Source: Oscillospiraceae bacterium (GTDB lineage: Bacteria; Bacillota; Clostridia; Oscillospirales; Oscillospiraceae). From it: a DNA stretch of 32,000 bases. Both the position numbers and the translations under genes were made by a program. The stretch is taken from positions 14,614 through 46,613 of the forward strand of contig CACYYN010000022.1 in assembly GCA_902778665.1 (NCBI GenBank), in the 5' to 3' direction. Below, one piece after another: positions 6,911-16,643 of the stretch (position 1 is its first letter; each line of letters opens with the position of its first letter). Below the pieces are notes generated by a model that was not told the DNA's origin, ran no database searches, and worked only from the letters and a program-made list of their open reading frames with translations.

Positions 6911-9145
6911 TTATCCTCCAAGCGCTCTACTAAGTCTTTTCTGCCCAGCCTTGATCTCTCTGCTATCCAGGAATACCCTAACTTCCGTCACTCCGCTGCT
7001 CCCGCTCATTGCAGAAGTTACTGCTTCATATACACCGCGCTTAATGCCGGTTATGATCTGGTCATTGTTTGCTACAGCAGATCTGCCTCCAATTGTGCCA
7101 ACCATTTCAGGGCCTGCTTCCCTTGCGAGGAAGATCTGCCCGCTCTGTGGGAAACCGCCGGCGGCAAAGCCTTCCAAATATGTGCTGTATCCGTTCGCTT
7201 CATTCTTTGCGAGCCTCTGGCCGCCTTTCTCGCCAACAGCATTTAGCCAGGACAAAGCATCACGGCACGCAGCAATAATATTCTGCACAGCATTGATAAT
7301 TGGGCCTACAGCTGCCAAGACGTTGTTAACCATACTGCTAAAGGCACTTGTAACAGTCGCCCAAAGATTTGCAACCGTTTGCCCAAGATTGTCCCAGGCT
7401 GCCCGCAGGTCTTCCACTTTTGCCCCAACTGAAGTCTGAATTGTTTCCCAAACGCTGACCAATTTGTCCTTCAGTTTCCCGGCATACTCTTTGATGGTGT
7501 CCCAGTTCTTATACAGTGCAACACCGGCAGCAACCAGAGCGCCAATAACAGCGATGATCGGCAAAATTGCAGGGCTGACTGCTCCAAGCGCTCCCATAAC
7601 AACCGGCGCGAAGGTCATAAACTGGCCTATACCAGTCAACACGCTTCCGATTACAGTAACCAATGGCCCTATGGCAGCAACGACAAGGCCGATCTTTACG
7701 ATCATGTTCTGCTGGCTTTCGTCCAGGCTGTTGAACTTATCGAGCCACTCCTGCACTTTATCGATCACCGGCTGCATATACTTTGCAACCAGGCTGCCGA
7801 GTGATGTCATCAGAACATCAAGAGATGATTTCAGCCTTTCAATTGAACCGCCGAAGCCGGACATCATGGCTTCCGACATTTCGTCAGTCGTTCCGGCACA
7901 ATTCTTCAGAGACTTCTCAAGCTCATTCACTTCTTCAGGCGCCGTATTAATCAGAGCGAGGAATTTTGCCATCTGGTTTTTTCCAAAGATGGCAGAAGCT
8001 GCTGCAATCTGTTCACTCTCACTTAAGCCTGAAAAAGCAACGTGCAATTTCTCATAAATTTTATGAGCATCTTTCAGATCGTCATTGGTTATTTCAAGGC
8101 CAAGCGCTGCCATTGCTTCAGCGCCTTCTTTCGCAGGGCTTACAAGTCGAGCAATTCCTGTTTTCAATGCATTGGCAGCTTCATTGGCTTCAATGCCGGC
8201 ATTTGCCATAACGCCAATCATCAAAGCTGCGTCTTCAACTTCCATTCCTGCCGTCCGGAAAATAGGTGCTGCAATGCTCATGGAGCTTGATAGCGCATCA
8301 ACATCCAGTGCAGAGTTATTGCACGCTGCAGCGAATACATCAGCGTAATGTGCTGTGTTATCGAAGCTATCTCCGAAACCATTGATAGTTGCAACGAGGC
8401 CCGCAGAAACTGTATCCAGATTCCCGCCTTCACCTGCCGCCAGGTTCATTGCCGGAGCAAGAGCCGCAGCTGCCTCTTTCGCATCCAAACCGGCACGGGC
8501 AAAGTTCAATGTTGCATTTGCGGCATCAGCCATCCCAAACGTGGAATTAGCTGCTGCTTCGCTCATAGCAGCATCCAGAAGCTTTGCTTCTTCTTCGGTG
8601 TTCTTCATCGTGGCGTTGGTCAGTTGCATGATCTTATCGACTTCTGCAAACTTTCCTGCCGCAGCTGCTGCAGTTGCCACAATTGGCACCGTGATATGTG
8701 TTGTAAGGCTTTTCCCTGCTTCAACAGCTTTCTGCCCAAGCCCCTTAATCTTTTCGCCGACAGCTGCAATCTGCTGTGCTCCTACGGAACCAAAGTTTCT
8801 GGTTTCTTTTTCAAGTCCCTTCAGTTCCTGCTCTGTTGCGATGATCTCCCGCTGTAATGCCTGATATTCTTTGGAGTTTTTATCAACCCCGGAAGCATCC
8901 ATCTGAGCCTGTGCATCTTTCAGCTTTTGCAGTTTTTCCCTTGTCGCTGCAATTTCAGTGCCAAGAGCAGCCTGCTTCTGTCGAAGCAGTTCTGTGTTGG
9001 TCGGATCAAGTTTAAGAAGCTTGTCGACGTCTTTAAGCTGTGTTTGTGTACTTTTCAGCGTGGAGTTGACATCTTTCAAAGCTGACTGCAGCTTTGTGGT
9101 ATCTCCTCCGATTTCAATGGTTATACCTTTGATTCTGTCGGCCAT
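6911..9145 (-). CDS. Tail tape measure protein (TP901-family core), 744 aa
   Basis: It has an N-terminal coiled coil, the core ATINGFGD...MSIAAPIFRTAGMEVEDAALMIGVMANAGIEANEAANALKTGIARL, and central TM-like Gly/Ala stretches. AAAGAGGTGG precedes the ATG. Confidence 0.95.
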   Translation of the reverse strand: MADRIKGITIEIGGDTTKLQSALKDVNSTLKSTQTQLKDVDKLLKLDPTNTELLRQKQAALGTEIAATREKLQKLKDAQAQMDASGVDKNSKEYQALQREIIATEQELKGLEKETRNFGSVGAQQIAAVGEKIKGLGQKAVEAGKSLTTHITVPIVATAAAAAGKFAEVDKIMQLTNATMKNTEEEAKLLDAAMSEAAANSTFGMADAANATLNFARAGLDAKEAAAALAPAMNLAAGEGGNLDTVSAGLVATINGFGDSFDNTAHYADVFAAACNNSALDVDALSSSMSIAAPIFRTAGMEVEDAALMIGVMANAGIEANEAANALKTGIARLVSPAKEGAEAMAALGLEITNDDLKDAHKIYEKLHVAFSGLSESEQIAAASAIFGKNQMAKFLALINTAPEEVNELEKSLKNCAGTTDEMSEAMMSGFGGSIERLKSSLDVLMTSLGSLVAKYMQPVIDKVQEWLDKFNSLDESQQNMIVKIGLVVAAIGPLVTVIGSVLTGIGQFMTFAPVVMGALGAVSPAILPIIAVIGALVAAGVALYKNWDTIKEYAGKLKDKLVSVWETIQTSVGAKVEDLRAAWDNLGQTVANLWATVTSAFSSMVNNVLAAVGPIINAVQNIIAACRDALSWLNAVGEKGGQRLAKNEANGYSTYLEGFAAGGFPQSGQIFLAREAGPEMVGTIGGRSAVANNDQIITGIKRGVYEAVTSAMSGSSGVTEVRVFLDSREIKAGQKRLSRALGG

Positions 9146-9157
9146 ATAACCACCTCT

Positions 9158-9672
9158 TTAGAATCTATCGAAATCTTCTTGCGTGGCTTTTTCCCGCCAG
9201 CCTTTCCATTCATCATTTGCCTGCTCCGTGAACATATCGAAGATCATGCCCATACTCAGCAATTCCAAATCAGAAATAGACAGACCGATCTGCACACAGC
9301 GCAACAGGTAAAGCGCCGTGTTCATGTCTCGGTCTGTCGGTCTTATTTTTTTTTAGCTTCGCTGGCCTGATCTAAGTTATCATTCCAGAGTCCTATGATA
9401 TCCGGAGCAGCTGAAAGAATCGCCGTAGGCGAATCGATGCTGGCAAGCCAGTCATCAATCTTTGTACCGATTGGAATCTCACCGCCCTGCACAACCATAA
9501 GGAAAGCAAGGTTTTCAAAGACTTCACTGTCGTTGATCGTCCCGTCCGGAGAGATCATCTTTTGCGTGTCTTTAAAAACATCCTTCCCAAACAGGCCACG
9601 ATAAATGCGAGGAGATGCCCCGTTGGCCACCATGTGATACTGGCGACCGTCAATCATAACCTGCCGTTCCAT
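9158..9672 (-). CDS. Predicted -1 frameshift fusion (gpGT-like) of the tail assembly chaperone
   Basis: The -1 frame from the A9 run stays open for 63 codons (IRPTDRDMNTALYLLRCVQIGLSISDLELLSMGMIFDMFTEQANDEWKGWREKATQEDFDRF). It stops 13 nt before the tape measure ATG. Confidence 0.6.
9343..9672 (-). CDS. Tail assembly chaperone (gpG-like), 109 aa
   Basis: It lies between the major tail and tape measure genes. It ends ...EAKKK-stop inside an A9 run. Confidence 0.8.
   Translation of the reverse strand: MERQVMIDGRQYHMVANGASPRIYRGLFGKDVFKDTQKMISPDGTINDSEVFENLAFLMVVQGGEIPIGTKIDDWLASIDSPTAILSAAPDIIGLWNDNLDQASEAKKK
9346..9354 (-). promoter_or_regulatory. A AAA AAA AA slippery heptamer-type run (A9) for -1 programmed frameshifting
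   Basis: There are nine consecutive T on the plus strand at 9346-9354, immediately before the zero-frame TAA. Confidence 0.6.
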
Positions 9673-10238
9673 TATGGTGCCGGAAGCTGGACAGCGGTAA
9701 AGAAGGTTGCATAAGCGCTATCCGTCGGAGCGCATTTTGCTTTGACAATCTGCTTTGTTTCGCCGCCGATAGTTGTGCTGAAAGCAACTGCAGTAATGTT
9801 GATGGTTTCCGTCACCGGCGTGATCGTCTCCTCGGTAGTCTGAGAAGCGAGCTGCGGGCGGGTTGCCTTGCAGTTATACAGCACATGGCGTACCGCATTC
9901 ACATCGCCTTCAAACTGGAAAAGGAGTGCGAAAGGCTTCGGCTTCGCATCAGAAAGCTCATATTGCAGTCCGGAGCCTTCATCAACCACTTCACCCATAA
10001 CATCCTTCAGGAAGGAATCCGGGATCAGAGCGAGCTCCAGATCTCCGGAATAACCGTTGTTGGAAATGCTGGTATAGAAGTCAATGTTGTCTGCCCGGAA
10101 TTTGTTTGTCTCGCCGTCCTGGTCAAGAGAGAGGTTCACAGCACCAGGAAGCGCGACAGGCGCCCCAAAGGTCCCCTGCTCTTCATTCAGCACAGCATAA
10201 TAGGCATTAGAAAGACCATATTTTACTTTATTTGCCAT
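9672..10238 (-). CDS. Major tail protein (phi13-like family), 188 aa
   Basis: The sequence MANKVKYGLSNAYYAVLNEE...FRADNIDFYTS and its position upstream of the chaperone pair support the call. Confidence 0.85.
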   Translation of the reverse strand: MANKVKYGLSNAYYAVLNEEQGTFGAPVALPGAVNLSLDQDGETNKFRADNIDFYTSISNNGYSGDLELALIPDSFLKDVMGEVVDEGSGLQYELSDAKPKPFALLFQFEGDVNAVRHVLYNCKATRPQLASQTTEETITPVTETINITAVAFSTTIGGETKQIVKAKCAPTDSAYATFFTAVQLPAP

Positions 10239-10240
10239 TG

Positions 10241-10576
10241 TTATACCTCATCCTTTAAAATTATTTCGGATATATATGTCACCATGTGCATCCGTTCACT
10301 GTCGAGATAACTCTCCTCTACCCGGTATGATAGATTGTGTTCTGTAAGGACCGTCTCCACGGCCGCTTCCATCTCATAATCTTTGTTATCGGTATAGAGC
10401 TCAATATTTAGCTGCCGAATCTTCACATAGTTCTTTCGGTCAGCCATAAAGTCATTGGATCCGGAAAGATAAAAGCAGATGAAAGGAGTCGGCTGCTCCG
10501 TCCCTTCCGGGAACTGATAATAAGCATAAGGCAGTCCTATTAACGCTATCAGTTCATTTATTTCCTGCGCTGTCAA
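10241..10576 (-). CDS. Tail completion / head-tail joining protein, 111 aa
   Basis: It lies between the gp10-like gene and the major tail gene. Confidence 0.55.
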   Translation of the reverse strand: MTAQEINELIALIGLPYAYYQFPEGTEQPTPFICFYLSGSNDFMADRKNYVKIRQLNIELYTDNKDYEMEAAVETVLTEHNLSYRVEESYLDSERMHMVTYISEIILKDEV

Positions 10577-10952
10577 TGGCTTCCCTCACCGCCCTTTCAA
10601 ATTTCTGCACTATTTCCTGCTCCACGTTTCCAATGTGTATCCTGCCTTCAACTCGCCCGCCGTTTCGCTTTGCATGGCCATGTTCCAAAAGATGAGGGAG
10701 CCCGGGGATGTCTTTATTGAAGATTATCCCCTGAAGGCTGACACGGCCCTCTTCAAACTTTGAAGTCCACCCCTTGGCATACTTTTTGCCTTTAAAAGAG
10801 CTTTTTGCTCCCTGCTTAACAGCAGTCACGCCTTTCTTGGTAACTTCCCTGGCTGCGGAGTTAACATCAGCAGCGATATTGTCGCCGTATTCTTCCAGAA
10901 TCTTATTAATCGCAATGTCGAGCTTATCAATAGCCGTTCTTCTACTGGCCAT
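10554..10952 (-). CDS. HK97 gp10-like head-tail component, 132 aa
   Basis: It begins MASRRTAIDKLDIAINKILEEYG and contains ...LPHLLEHGHAKRNGGRVEG. I moved the start to the internal ATG, which has a GGAAAGG RBS. Confidence 0.7.
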   Translation of the reverse strand: MASRRTAIDKLDIAINKILEEYGDNIAADVNSAAREVTKKGVTAVKQGAKSSFKGKKYAKGWTSKFEEGRVSLQGIIFNKDIPGLPHLLEHGHAKRNGGRVEGRIHIGNVEQEIVQKFERAVREAIDSAGNK

Positions 10953-11253
10953 TGGTTCCGCCTTTCCTCTGAGTATAAAGCTCCACCCAGTCGCCTGTAT
11001 AGAATGTGCGATATACCCCATAGCGTTTGCCCTGGAAGATCACGGTTTCTTCTCCGTTGTAATCCCCGGCGAATACCATGAAACGCCATTCCGGATTCAA
11101 GCCATTCCTGCCGGCTTCGAAAAATTCGCTCTGGCTGACAGAAGATACTTTGCAGAAAACCTGCTTCAGCTCTTCTGCCTTTTCCCATACTCCGTAACTG
11201 TTCTGGGCTTTGGTGACCGATACTAACTGCAGAACGTCTTCAGTTACCATCAT
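10942..11253 (-). CDS. Head closure / head-tail adaptor (SPP1 gp16-like), ~103 aa
   Basis: The VFCKVSSVSQSEFFEAGRNGLNPEWRFMVF pattern supports the call. The start among three clustered ATGs is uncertain. Confidence 0.7.
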   Translation of the reverse strand: MMVTEDVLQLVSVTKAQNSYGVWEKAEELKQVFCKVSSVSQSEFFEAGRNGLNPEWRFMVFAGDYNGEETVIFQGKRYGVYRTFYTGDWVELYTQRKGGTNGQ

Positions 11254-11545
11254 CCTCATCACCCCAGTTCGTGTAGCCTGTAGCCGTTGCAAGCTGGGCC
11301 TTCTGCTCATCATAAGATGATTTCAGGCGGTCATAGCTGCTATTCAGATGTCCGCCGCCGTCAGGATAACCGAAATTCATGCGGCAATATGTGATGATAG
11401 CACGCTGGCAGATTTCATCCAGTCCATCCGGCAGAACAACACCAGCGATGCCAAGATCTGCTTTTGCCGCTGCGATCAGATCCTCGATATCTGTGTCAAA
11501 GGCATCTGTCGAAATACGCAATGCTGTCTTCACCTTGCCGAGCAT
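11240..11545 (-). CDS. Head-tail connector (gp6-like), 101 aa
   Basis: The sequence VKTALRISTDAFDTDIEDLIAAAKADL is typical of the N-terminus of this family. Confidence 0.7.
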   Translation of the reverse strand: MLGKVKTALRISTDAFDTDIEDLIAAAKADLGIAGVVLPDGLDEICQRAIITYCRMNFGYPDGGGHLNSSYDRLKSSYDEQKAQLATATGYTNWGDEDDGN

Positions 11546-11549
11546 ATTA

Positions 11550-11699
11550 TCAGCCTTTCTTCTTCTGGGGTTTCTTCTCTTCCTCCGCCTTTACAGCAAT
11601 ATCAAGAGCGAGAAGCTTTTCATCTTCCCGCTCGTCGACATCGATCTCAGAACCGGCAGAGAATAAAACCCTCTGATCATGCAGCAGTTTTATCTTCAT
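11550..11699 (-). CDS. Small acidic/basic hypothetical protein, 49 aa (below the ORF-track cutoff)
   Basis: My translation is MKIKLLHDQRVLFSAGSEIDVDEREDEKLLALDIAVKAEEEKKPQKKKG. AAGGA lies 7 nt upstream of the ATG. The ORF exactly fills the gap between the capsid and connector genes. Confidence 0.45.
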   Translation of the reverse strand: MKIKLLHDQRVLFSAGSEIDVDEREDEKLLALDIAVKAEEEKKPQKKKG

Positions 11700-11710
11700 G
11701 CCGAATTCCT

Positions 11711-12832
11711 TTATGCTCTGGCGAATCTTACAAACGCATTGGCATCAATCAGCTCGCCGTCTGCCATCGTTGCACCACGCCACTGAATATTGGTTGTGGT
11801 TGCAGTCTCAAAAGGCTTTACTTCAATAGCCTTGAAGATGTTGAGCTTATATGCTTTCGGATCACCGAAGAAAATGGTCTCTTTGCCGGAGACAAGGGCC
11901 TCAGACATTAGCACAACATCATGGCCGAACAGCTTCATGCCGAAACCATCATTGATGACATAATCGTTCAGGGCAGTCAGAGCCATGACCTCGCTGTAGA
12001 ACATATTCGGAGTCATGATCCAGATAGCGCCCTTATGATAGTTGGCACCAAGAGACGCCATGATTGCAAGGACATCCTTCTTTGCCAGAGTGGCCGGAAG
12101 AGCAGTTGCAGATGCAGTAACAGTTGCAGTAATGCCCTTGCATCCGGCAGTGCCGGCACCGACAAGCACATCAGCGTTCATCTTGGCCCGGATGGTTCCG
12201 ACAAGATTGTCAACAATCCAATCATGCAGGGCACCGATAGCCATATGATCAATATCAGCACCAACAGTGAGCAGTTTTACATACTCAAACGGAGTGAGAT
12301 CCGTGTAGTCAACAACATCGGAAGACTCCGTAATGGGACCACCGACAGCCTGGCCGGCTGCAGGATTAACAGTTGCAGCTTTGGGGAAGCGCACATAATT
12401 CGGGAACTGAGAAACATCAACACGGTTGAGAAGCTCAGCGGGCTTAATCAGTTTATCCCACACTGCATTAACAGTCATGGTCGGGATTACAGCACCGGCT
12501 GCAGTCAGAGCTGCACGCTCTTCCATGCTCATGTCGCGGTTGGAAATGCTCTTAACCCATGCATTTCTGTATTCGATGGAATCAATAGCAAAATTGTCTG
12601 CCATCTTTTTGGTCTCCTTTTCAAAAGTTCTGACGGTCTTGCCGTTCTCAATTACTTTAGCTTCAAGCGCTTTGCGCTCTTCAGCTGCCTTAATAATGTC
12701 AGCTTTACGCTGAGTAAGCTGATCGACTTCTGCATTCAGAGCGGTCAGATCAGCATCCGGAGTATCGAGCAGGCCGCGGATCTCTTCCAGCCTGGATTCG
12801 ACATCTTCCATTTTCATGTCTCTGATTTCCAT
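11711..12832 (-). CDS. Major capsid protein, HK97 family, 373 aa
   Basis: It has an N-terminal coiled delta domain followed by the HK97-fold body. It lies directly after the S78 protease. The RBS is GGAGGT. Confidence 0.95.
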   Translation of the reverse strand: MEIRDMKMEDVESRLEEIRGLLDTPDADLTALNAEVDQLTQRKADIIKAAEERKALEAKVIENGKTVRTFEKETKKMADNFAIDSIEYRNAWVKSISNRDMSMEERAALTAAGAVIPTMTVNAVWDKLIKPAELLNRVDVSQFPNYVRFPKAATVNPAAGQAVGGPITESSDVVDYTDLTPFEYVKLLTVGADIDHMAIGALHDWIVDNLVGTIRAKMNADVLVGAGTAGCKGITATVTASATALPATLAKKDVLAIMASLGANYHKGAIWIMTPNMFYSEVMALTALNDYVINDGFGMKLFGHDVVLMSEALVSGKETIFFGDPKAYKLNIFKAIEVKPFETATTTNIQWRGATMADGELIDANAFVRFARA

Positions 12833-12834
12833 AA

Positions 12835-13482
12835 TTAACCTCCTATGGAAAGTTTGATTTTGAGCATCAGCTGCTCTTTCTGCCTCTCGCGCTCAGACCG
12901 CTCCTGTCTGATTTCGGCAATCAATCCGTCGCTGAAATTACGCGCACTGATTTCTGTCCCGTCGTTCGCCGGAAGGCTCACAGCGGAAACATCGTACAGT
13001 TTTCCGATCTTGGTAATTGTTCTGGTGACCGTTGTGATGCCTGTGGAGTTGTCTTCTTTCACAAGCCGCTCATCTTCTGCCACCCGGAACCCGAAGGACA
13101 TTTTATTCGTATAGCCGCCACGGATCTCATCATAGAGCTGACGGCCAATCTCTGTCCCGCCAAGATTTGCCCGGATATGCAGCCCTCTGTCATCTGCGTC
13201 CAGCTGCAGAGTGCCGTTGCTGAGTCTTGCGAATACTCGCCCCTGGTGATCATACTGCATGATCACATCGGACATATCGCATTCATCAAAGGCTCTTTTA
13301 TCCACCTGCTCAAAAACACGATAATCACCGAATTCATAGAGCAGATAAGGATCATCAAATGTGGTGGCGTATCCTTCAACTATCTTTTCACTGTCATCCT
13401 CAGACTCCAGCGCCCGGAATTCCATTTGAACATTCCGGTATTCTCTGCCACCGTTAATCTTATCATCAATCATTGTTTTCAT
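12835..13482 (-). CDS. Prohead maturation protease, HK97/S78 family
   Basis: The sequence EGYATTFDDPY...IMQYDHQGRVFAR...MSFGFRV supports the call. The start is set at MKTMIDD, which has a GGAGGG RBS. Confidence 0.9.
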   Translation of the reverse strand: MKTMIDDKINGGREYRNVQMEFRALESEDDSEKIVEGYATTFDDPYLLYEFGDYRVFEQVDKRAFDECDMSDVIMQYDHQGRVFARLSNGTLQLDADDRGLHIRANLGGTEIGRQLYDEIRGGYTNKMSFGFRVAEDERLVKEDNSTGITTVTRTITKIGKLYDVSAVSLPANDGTEISARNFSDGLIAEIRQERSERERQKEQLMLKIKLSIGG

Positions 13483-14641
13483 CTGTCCCTCCGTCATCAT
13501 TGTTAACATCATTGGCGTTTTTATATTCGCCTCTGATTGTTCTCACATCTCCACCATCTACCGGTGCCAGATTGAAGATCTCTCTGGCCTCGTTGATGGA
13601 GAAGACACCTCTGTCCGTCATCTGGGACGCTATATTCAGCTTTTCTTTTGTGGACATATACTGCAGCCTGTTGGCCGTCAGCATGATCTGATTTCCATAG
13701 CCGCGCTCGTTTAGGCTGAAGACTGCTTTGGTCATCACATCGGAAAACTGAATTGCAAACGGCTCAATCGCACCCTCGTAAAAGCCTTGCCATGCATCGC
13801 CGTAGGCTTTGTTCTGCAGAACGTCTTCATTTACGCCGAAGTAATCATAAACATTTGTCCTGATTTCTTTCGCCTGTGCTTCGTCTACAGTGTATGGTGT
13901 GATTGTAAGCTGCTTAATATCTGTGTACTGATTCGGGAACAGAAGCAGCCCGCCGCCATCCTCGTCCTGGAAGTTCTGTCGGTTGAAGCGTTTCCGCTCT
14001 TTTGCGAGGTCTTCGGCATTGGTAAAGTTATTCAGCCTTGCCATCAGACGATAACTGTTGGAGTTCTTCGCCGCTTCTTTAATTGCCTGCCCTTGCAGTG
14101 CAATGAGATCCATCGTGTCGCTCAAAGCTTCATTTCCGGAGCCGAAGAAATCGTCATCATATTGGAAACGAGTCATAACCCCGCAGCGTGAAAGCTCGAC
14201 CGCTGCCTCCTGCCCATTGGAGAAGCGATAGCGTAGCCACGCAGTACCGCCATAGTCCTGAACAGATGTAGACGAGGGCAGCACCGGATAATAGCCGGTA
14301 ACATAACGGTATTCATCAAACACCGGCACAATGAAAGCTGTAGTCTGCATATCGAGGATTGTCGACAGCCGGTAAAGGAACTGCCCCCATGTCATCCATT
14401 CATTCGGTGCTTTTGTCAGCTTTGTTTTGAGCTCCGGCTTCGCTGAGCCTATCATTTCAAATTTCAGCTTGCTGATATGCCTTGCTCTGGCATCCACTGC
14501 CGCCCGGATCAGCGCCGCTTCATAAATACTGCCGGCATAATTTCGGAAAACAGGAGTGTAGGCATTCAGCGTCTGAAAATATCCGTTATCCTGTCCGCTG
14601 GGCTTCGGCTGCCGGCCGAATATTTTGTCAAAAAGTCCCAT
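13466..14641 (-). CDS. Portal protein, HK97 family, 391 aa
   Basis: Its size, its position after TerL and the family-typical sequence support the call. Confidence 0.9.
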   Translation of the reverse strand: MGLFDKIFGRQPKPSGQDNGYFQTLNAYTPVFRNYAGSIYEAALIRAAVDARARHISKLKFEMIGSAKPELKTKLTKAPNEWMTWGQFLYRLSTILDMQTTAFIVPVFDEYRYVTGYYPVLPSSTSVQDYGGTAWLRYRFSNGQEAAVELSRCGVMTRFQYDDDFFGSGNEALSDTMDLIALQGQAIKEAAKNSNSYRLMARLNNFTNAEDLAKERKRFNRQNFQDEDGGGLLLFPNQYTDIKQLTITPYTVDEAQAKEIRTNVYDYFGVNEDVLQNKAYGDAWQGFYEGAIEPFAIQFSDVMTKAVFSLNERGYGNQIMLTANRLQYMSTKEKLNIASQMTDRGVFSINEAREIFNLAPVDGGDVRTIRGEYKNANDVNNDDGGTDENND

Positions 14642-16300
14642 TTATTTGCCCTCGTTTCTCAATTGCCCGCCAATCTCTCCATACCACTTCTGTCGCACCG
14701 TCATGGCATCCAGAAGAGCCGCAGTGCCGTCGATGTGGTCTGACGGGTTTATCTTTACGAGCTTACCCCTGCCGCGTTCTACGTTCATTTTTACCGCAGA
14801 ATTCAGCAGATGAATCTTCAGGAGATCATTATCTCCGATATGTATTTTCCCGTCTTTCAGAAGGCCTTCTGTCTCCTGAATCACCGGCCAGAGGTTATCT
14901 CCCTGATAAACATCATCACAGTGAAAGCCGTATGTTTTCAGATCCTGGATAAGATATTGCGCGGAATACCGGTCATATCCAACCTGAAGTGGGTATATAT
15001 GATATTTCTCTACAAGCTGGACAAACCAGTTATAGCATTCTCTGTAATCAACAAAATTGTCGCCGGATGCTGTCAGAATACCACGCTGGATATAGATCTG
15101 ATACGGAAGTCCGTCTTTCTGTGATGCTTCCTCAATCTTCTCCGCCGGCAGGAAGAATTTTGCAAAGATATATAATTCTCCGCCTTTCTCAATCACCGCC
15201 GTGCAGGCTGTAAGGTCTGTTGTTTGTGACAGGTCGATCCCGCCCACGCAATAGCATTCCCGGAAATTTTCAAGCCGTAACTCTTCCCCACACGCCTGCT
15301 GCACTATCTGTGCCGGAAGCCATGCAAAAGCCGATGACTGTTTTATATTGCAATACTTTACTATGAATTCCGTCTTCTTGCTGTAGCTGCCTTCTGCTAT
15401 CGCTATTTCTTCCAGAAGATAGTCCACAGTAACAGAAACGCCAAGGTTCGGATTCGCTTTTCTAAGCTCGTTGATGTCGTTCCATTTTTCAACATCATCA
15501 ATCATATAGAGGAACGGCAACAACCGTTGTTCTTTGCTTTCTCCCATCAAAAAACGAGTTGATCTCTTGATCAGCTCGTCATATATTCCGTCATTCAAAT
15601 ACCCTGATGTTGATATAGACAGCAAAAGCGGCTGTCGCCTCGCACCCATGGACGACTTGAGGACCTCGTAAAACTTCAGCCCAGCATCGCCTTGCCAGCT
15701 TGCACATTCATCTGCAATCGCGCAGGATATATTCAGTCCATCGGATTTCTTTGCGTTGAAGGCCAGCGGCTTTGCGGTGCTGTTATTCTCCTGCACATAG
15801 ATATCCGTCCTCCGTTTTCTGATCATCTTTGCAAGTTCCGGCTCCTGCATGATCATCTGATAATAGGCATCAAAGCACAGGTTGGCTTGATCCAGCTTCG
15901 GAGCTGCGAAATAGATCTTCCCGCCGTATTCGCCGTCGAGGAAAGTCATATATTCCGCAATGGCCGCTGCAAAAAGTGTTTTCCCGTTTTTTCTGGCAAT
16001 CACCAGAAACACCTCCCGGAATTGCCTTGCTCCCGTCTCGTCCAGTACACCGAAGATGATGGAAGCAATCGCTTTCTGCCAGAGCTCCAACCGGATCAGT
16101 TGCGGAGCAAGTTCCCCTTCATGATGATGGCAAAAGTTTTCCATGAAGCGGATTGCTGCCATTGCTTTTTTGTGGTTGTAAAAAAATCGCTTTTCCTGCA
16201 AGCCTCGGATGATCAGGTCATACAGCAGTGTTATCCATTTCCCGACGTTTTCGGTCCCGTCCCTGATTTTCTGATAATAGGCGAAAATATAATTATTCAT
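14642..16300 (-). CDS. terL: Terminase large subunit, 552 aa
   Basis: It has a Walker-A-like ARKNGKTLFAAAIA and a C-terminal nuclease region. It overlaps the TerS stop. Confidence 0.95.
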   Translation of the reverse strand: MNNYIFAYYQKIRDGTENVGKWITLLYDLIIRGLQEKRFFYNHKKAMAAIRFMENFCHHHEGELAPQLIRLELWQKAIASIIFGVLDETGARQFREVFLVIARKNGKTLFAAAIAEYMTFLDGEYGGKIYFAAPKLDQANLCFDAYYQMIMQEPELAKMIRKRRTDIYVQENNSTAKPLAFNAKKSDGLNISCAIADECASWQGDAGLKFYEVLKSSMGARRQPLLLSISTSGYLNDGIYDELIKRSTRFLMGESKEQRLLPFLYMIDDVEKWNDINELRKANPNLGVSVTVDYLLEEIAIAEGSYSKKTEFIVKYCNIKQSSAFAWLPAQIVQQACGEELRLENFRECYCVGGIDLSQTTDLTACTAVIEKGGELYIFAKFFLPAEKIEEASQKDGLPYQIYIQRGILTASGDNFVDYRECYNWFVQLVEKYHIYPLQVGYDRYSAQYLIQDLKTYGFHCDDVYQGDNLWPVIQETEGLLKDGKIHIGDNDLLKIHLLNSAVKMNVERGRGKLVKINPSDHIDGTAALLDAMTVRQKWYGEIGGQLRNEGK

Positions 16301-16643
16301 CGTTCAGGGAAGCGATCAGGTCGTTCAGTTTCCCGCCTTCCTTTGCGTCATCCGTCAGCTGCTTCATGATGTTGATCAATGTGCTCACAGTGCTGTTTGC
16401 TGCCGTCGCCGTGCGGTTGTATTCTGCAATAGCCGGATTCGCCACAAGATTCTCGCGGCCCTTTACATATTCCTTCGTTACGGTCATTCCATGCTCTGTT
16501 ATTGCAGTCTGAAGATCCTCCATAATCTGCAATTGAACTTGATAGCGCTGAAAGGTTGTAGCGAAGAAGTAATTTTGGGAAACGCCGCGCTCTTCAGCTT
16601 GCTTTAAAATCTCTTTAGCCTGCTTTTTCAGCGATTTTGCCAT
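16293..16643 (-). CDS. terS: Terminase small subunit, P27 family, 116 aa
   Basis: The sequence LVANPAIAEYNRTATAANSTVSTL and its position between the HNH and TerL genes support the call. Confidence 0.85.
   Translation of the reverse strand: MAKSLKKQAKEILKQAEERGVSQNYFFATTFQRYQVQLQIMEDLQTAITEHGMTVTKEYVKGRENLVANPAIAEYNRTATAANSTVSTLINIMKQLTDDAKEGGKLNDLIASLNDE

Noticed and set aside
6951-8864. Several long plus-strand ORFs (162, 197, 169 and 169 aa) lie opposite the tape measure gene.
   Set aside because: They are shadow ORFs in a GC/Ala-rich coding region. They have low-complexity Ser/Ala/Cys/Pro composition, no RBSs, and are fully contained in a confidently assigned minus-strand gene.
11921-12838. 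A 305-aa plus-strand ORF lies opposite the major capsid gene. Similar antisense ORFs lie at 15692-16369 (opposite TerL) and 17879-18538 (opposite the RinA-like and Rep-like genes).
   Set aside because: These are antisense shadows with no RBS. The opposite frames have clear family signatures.
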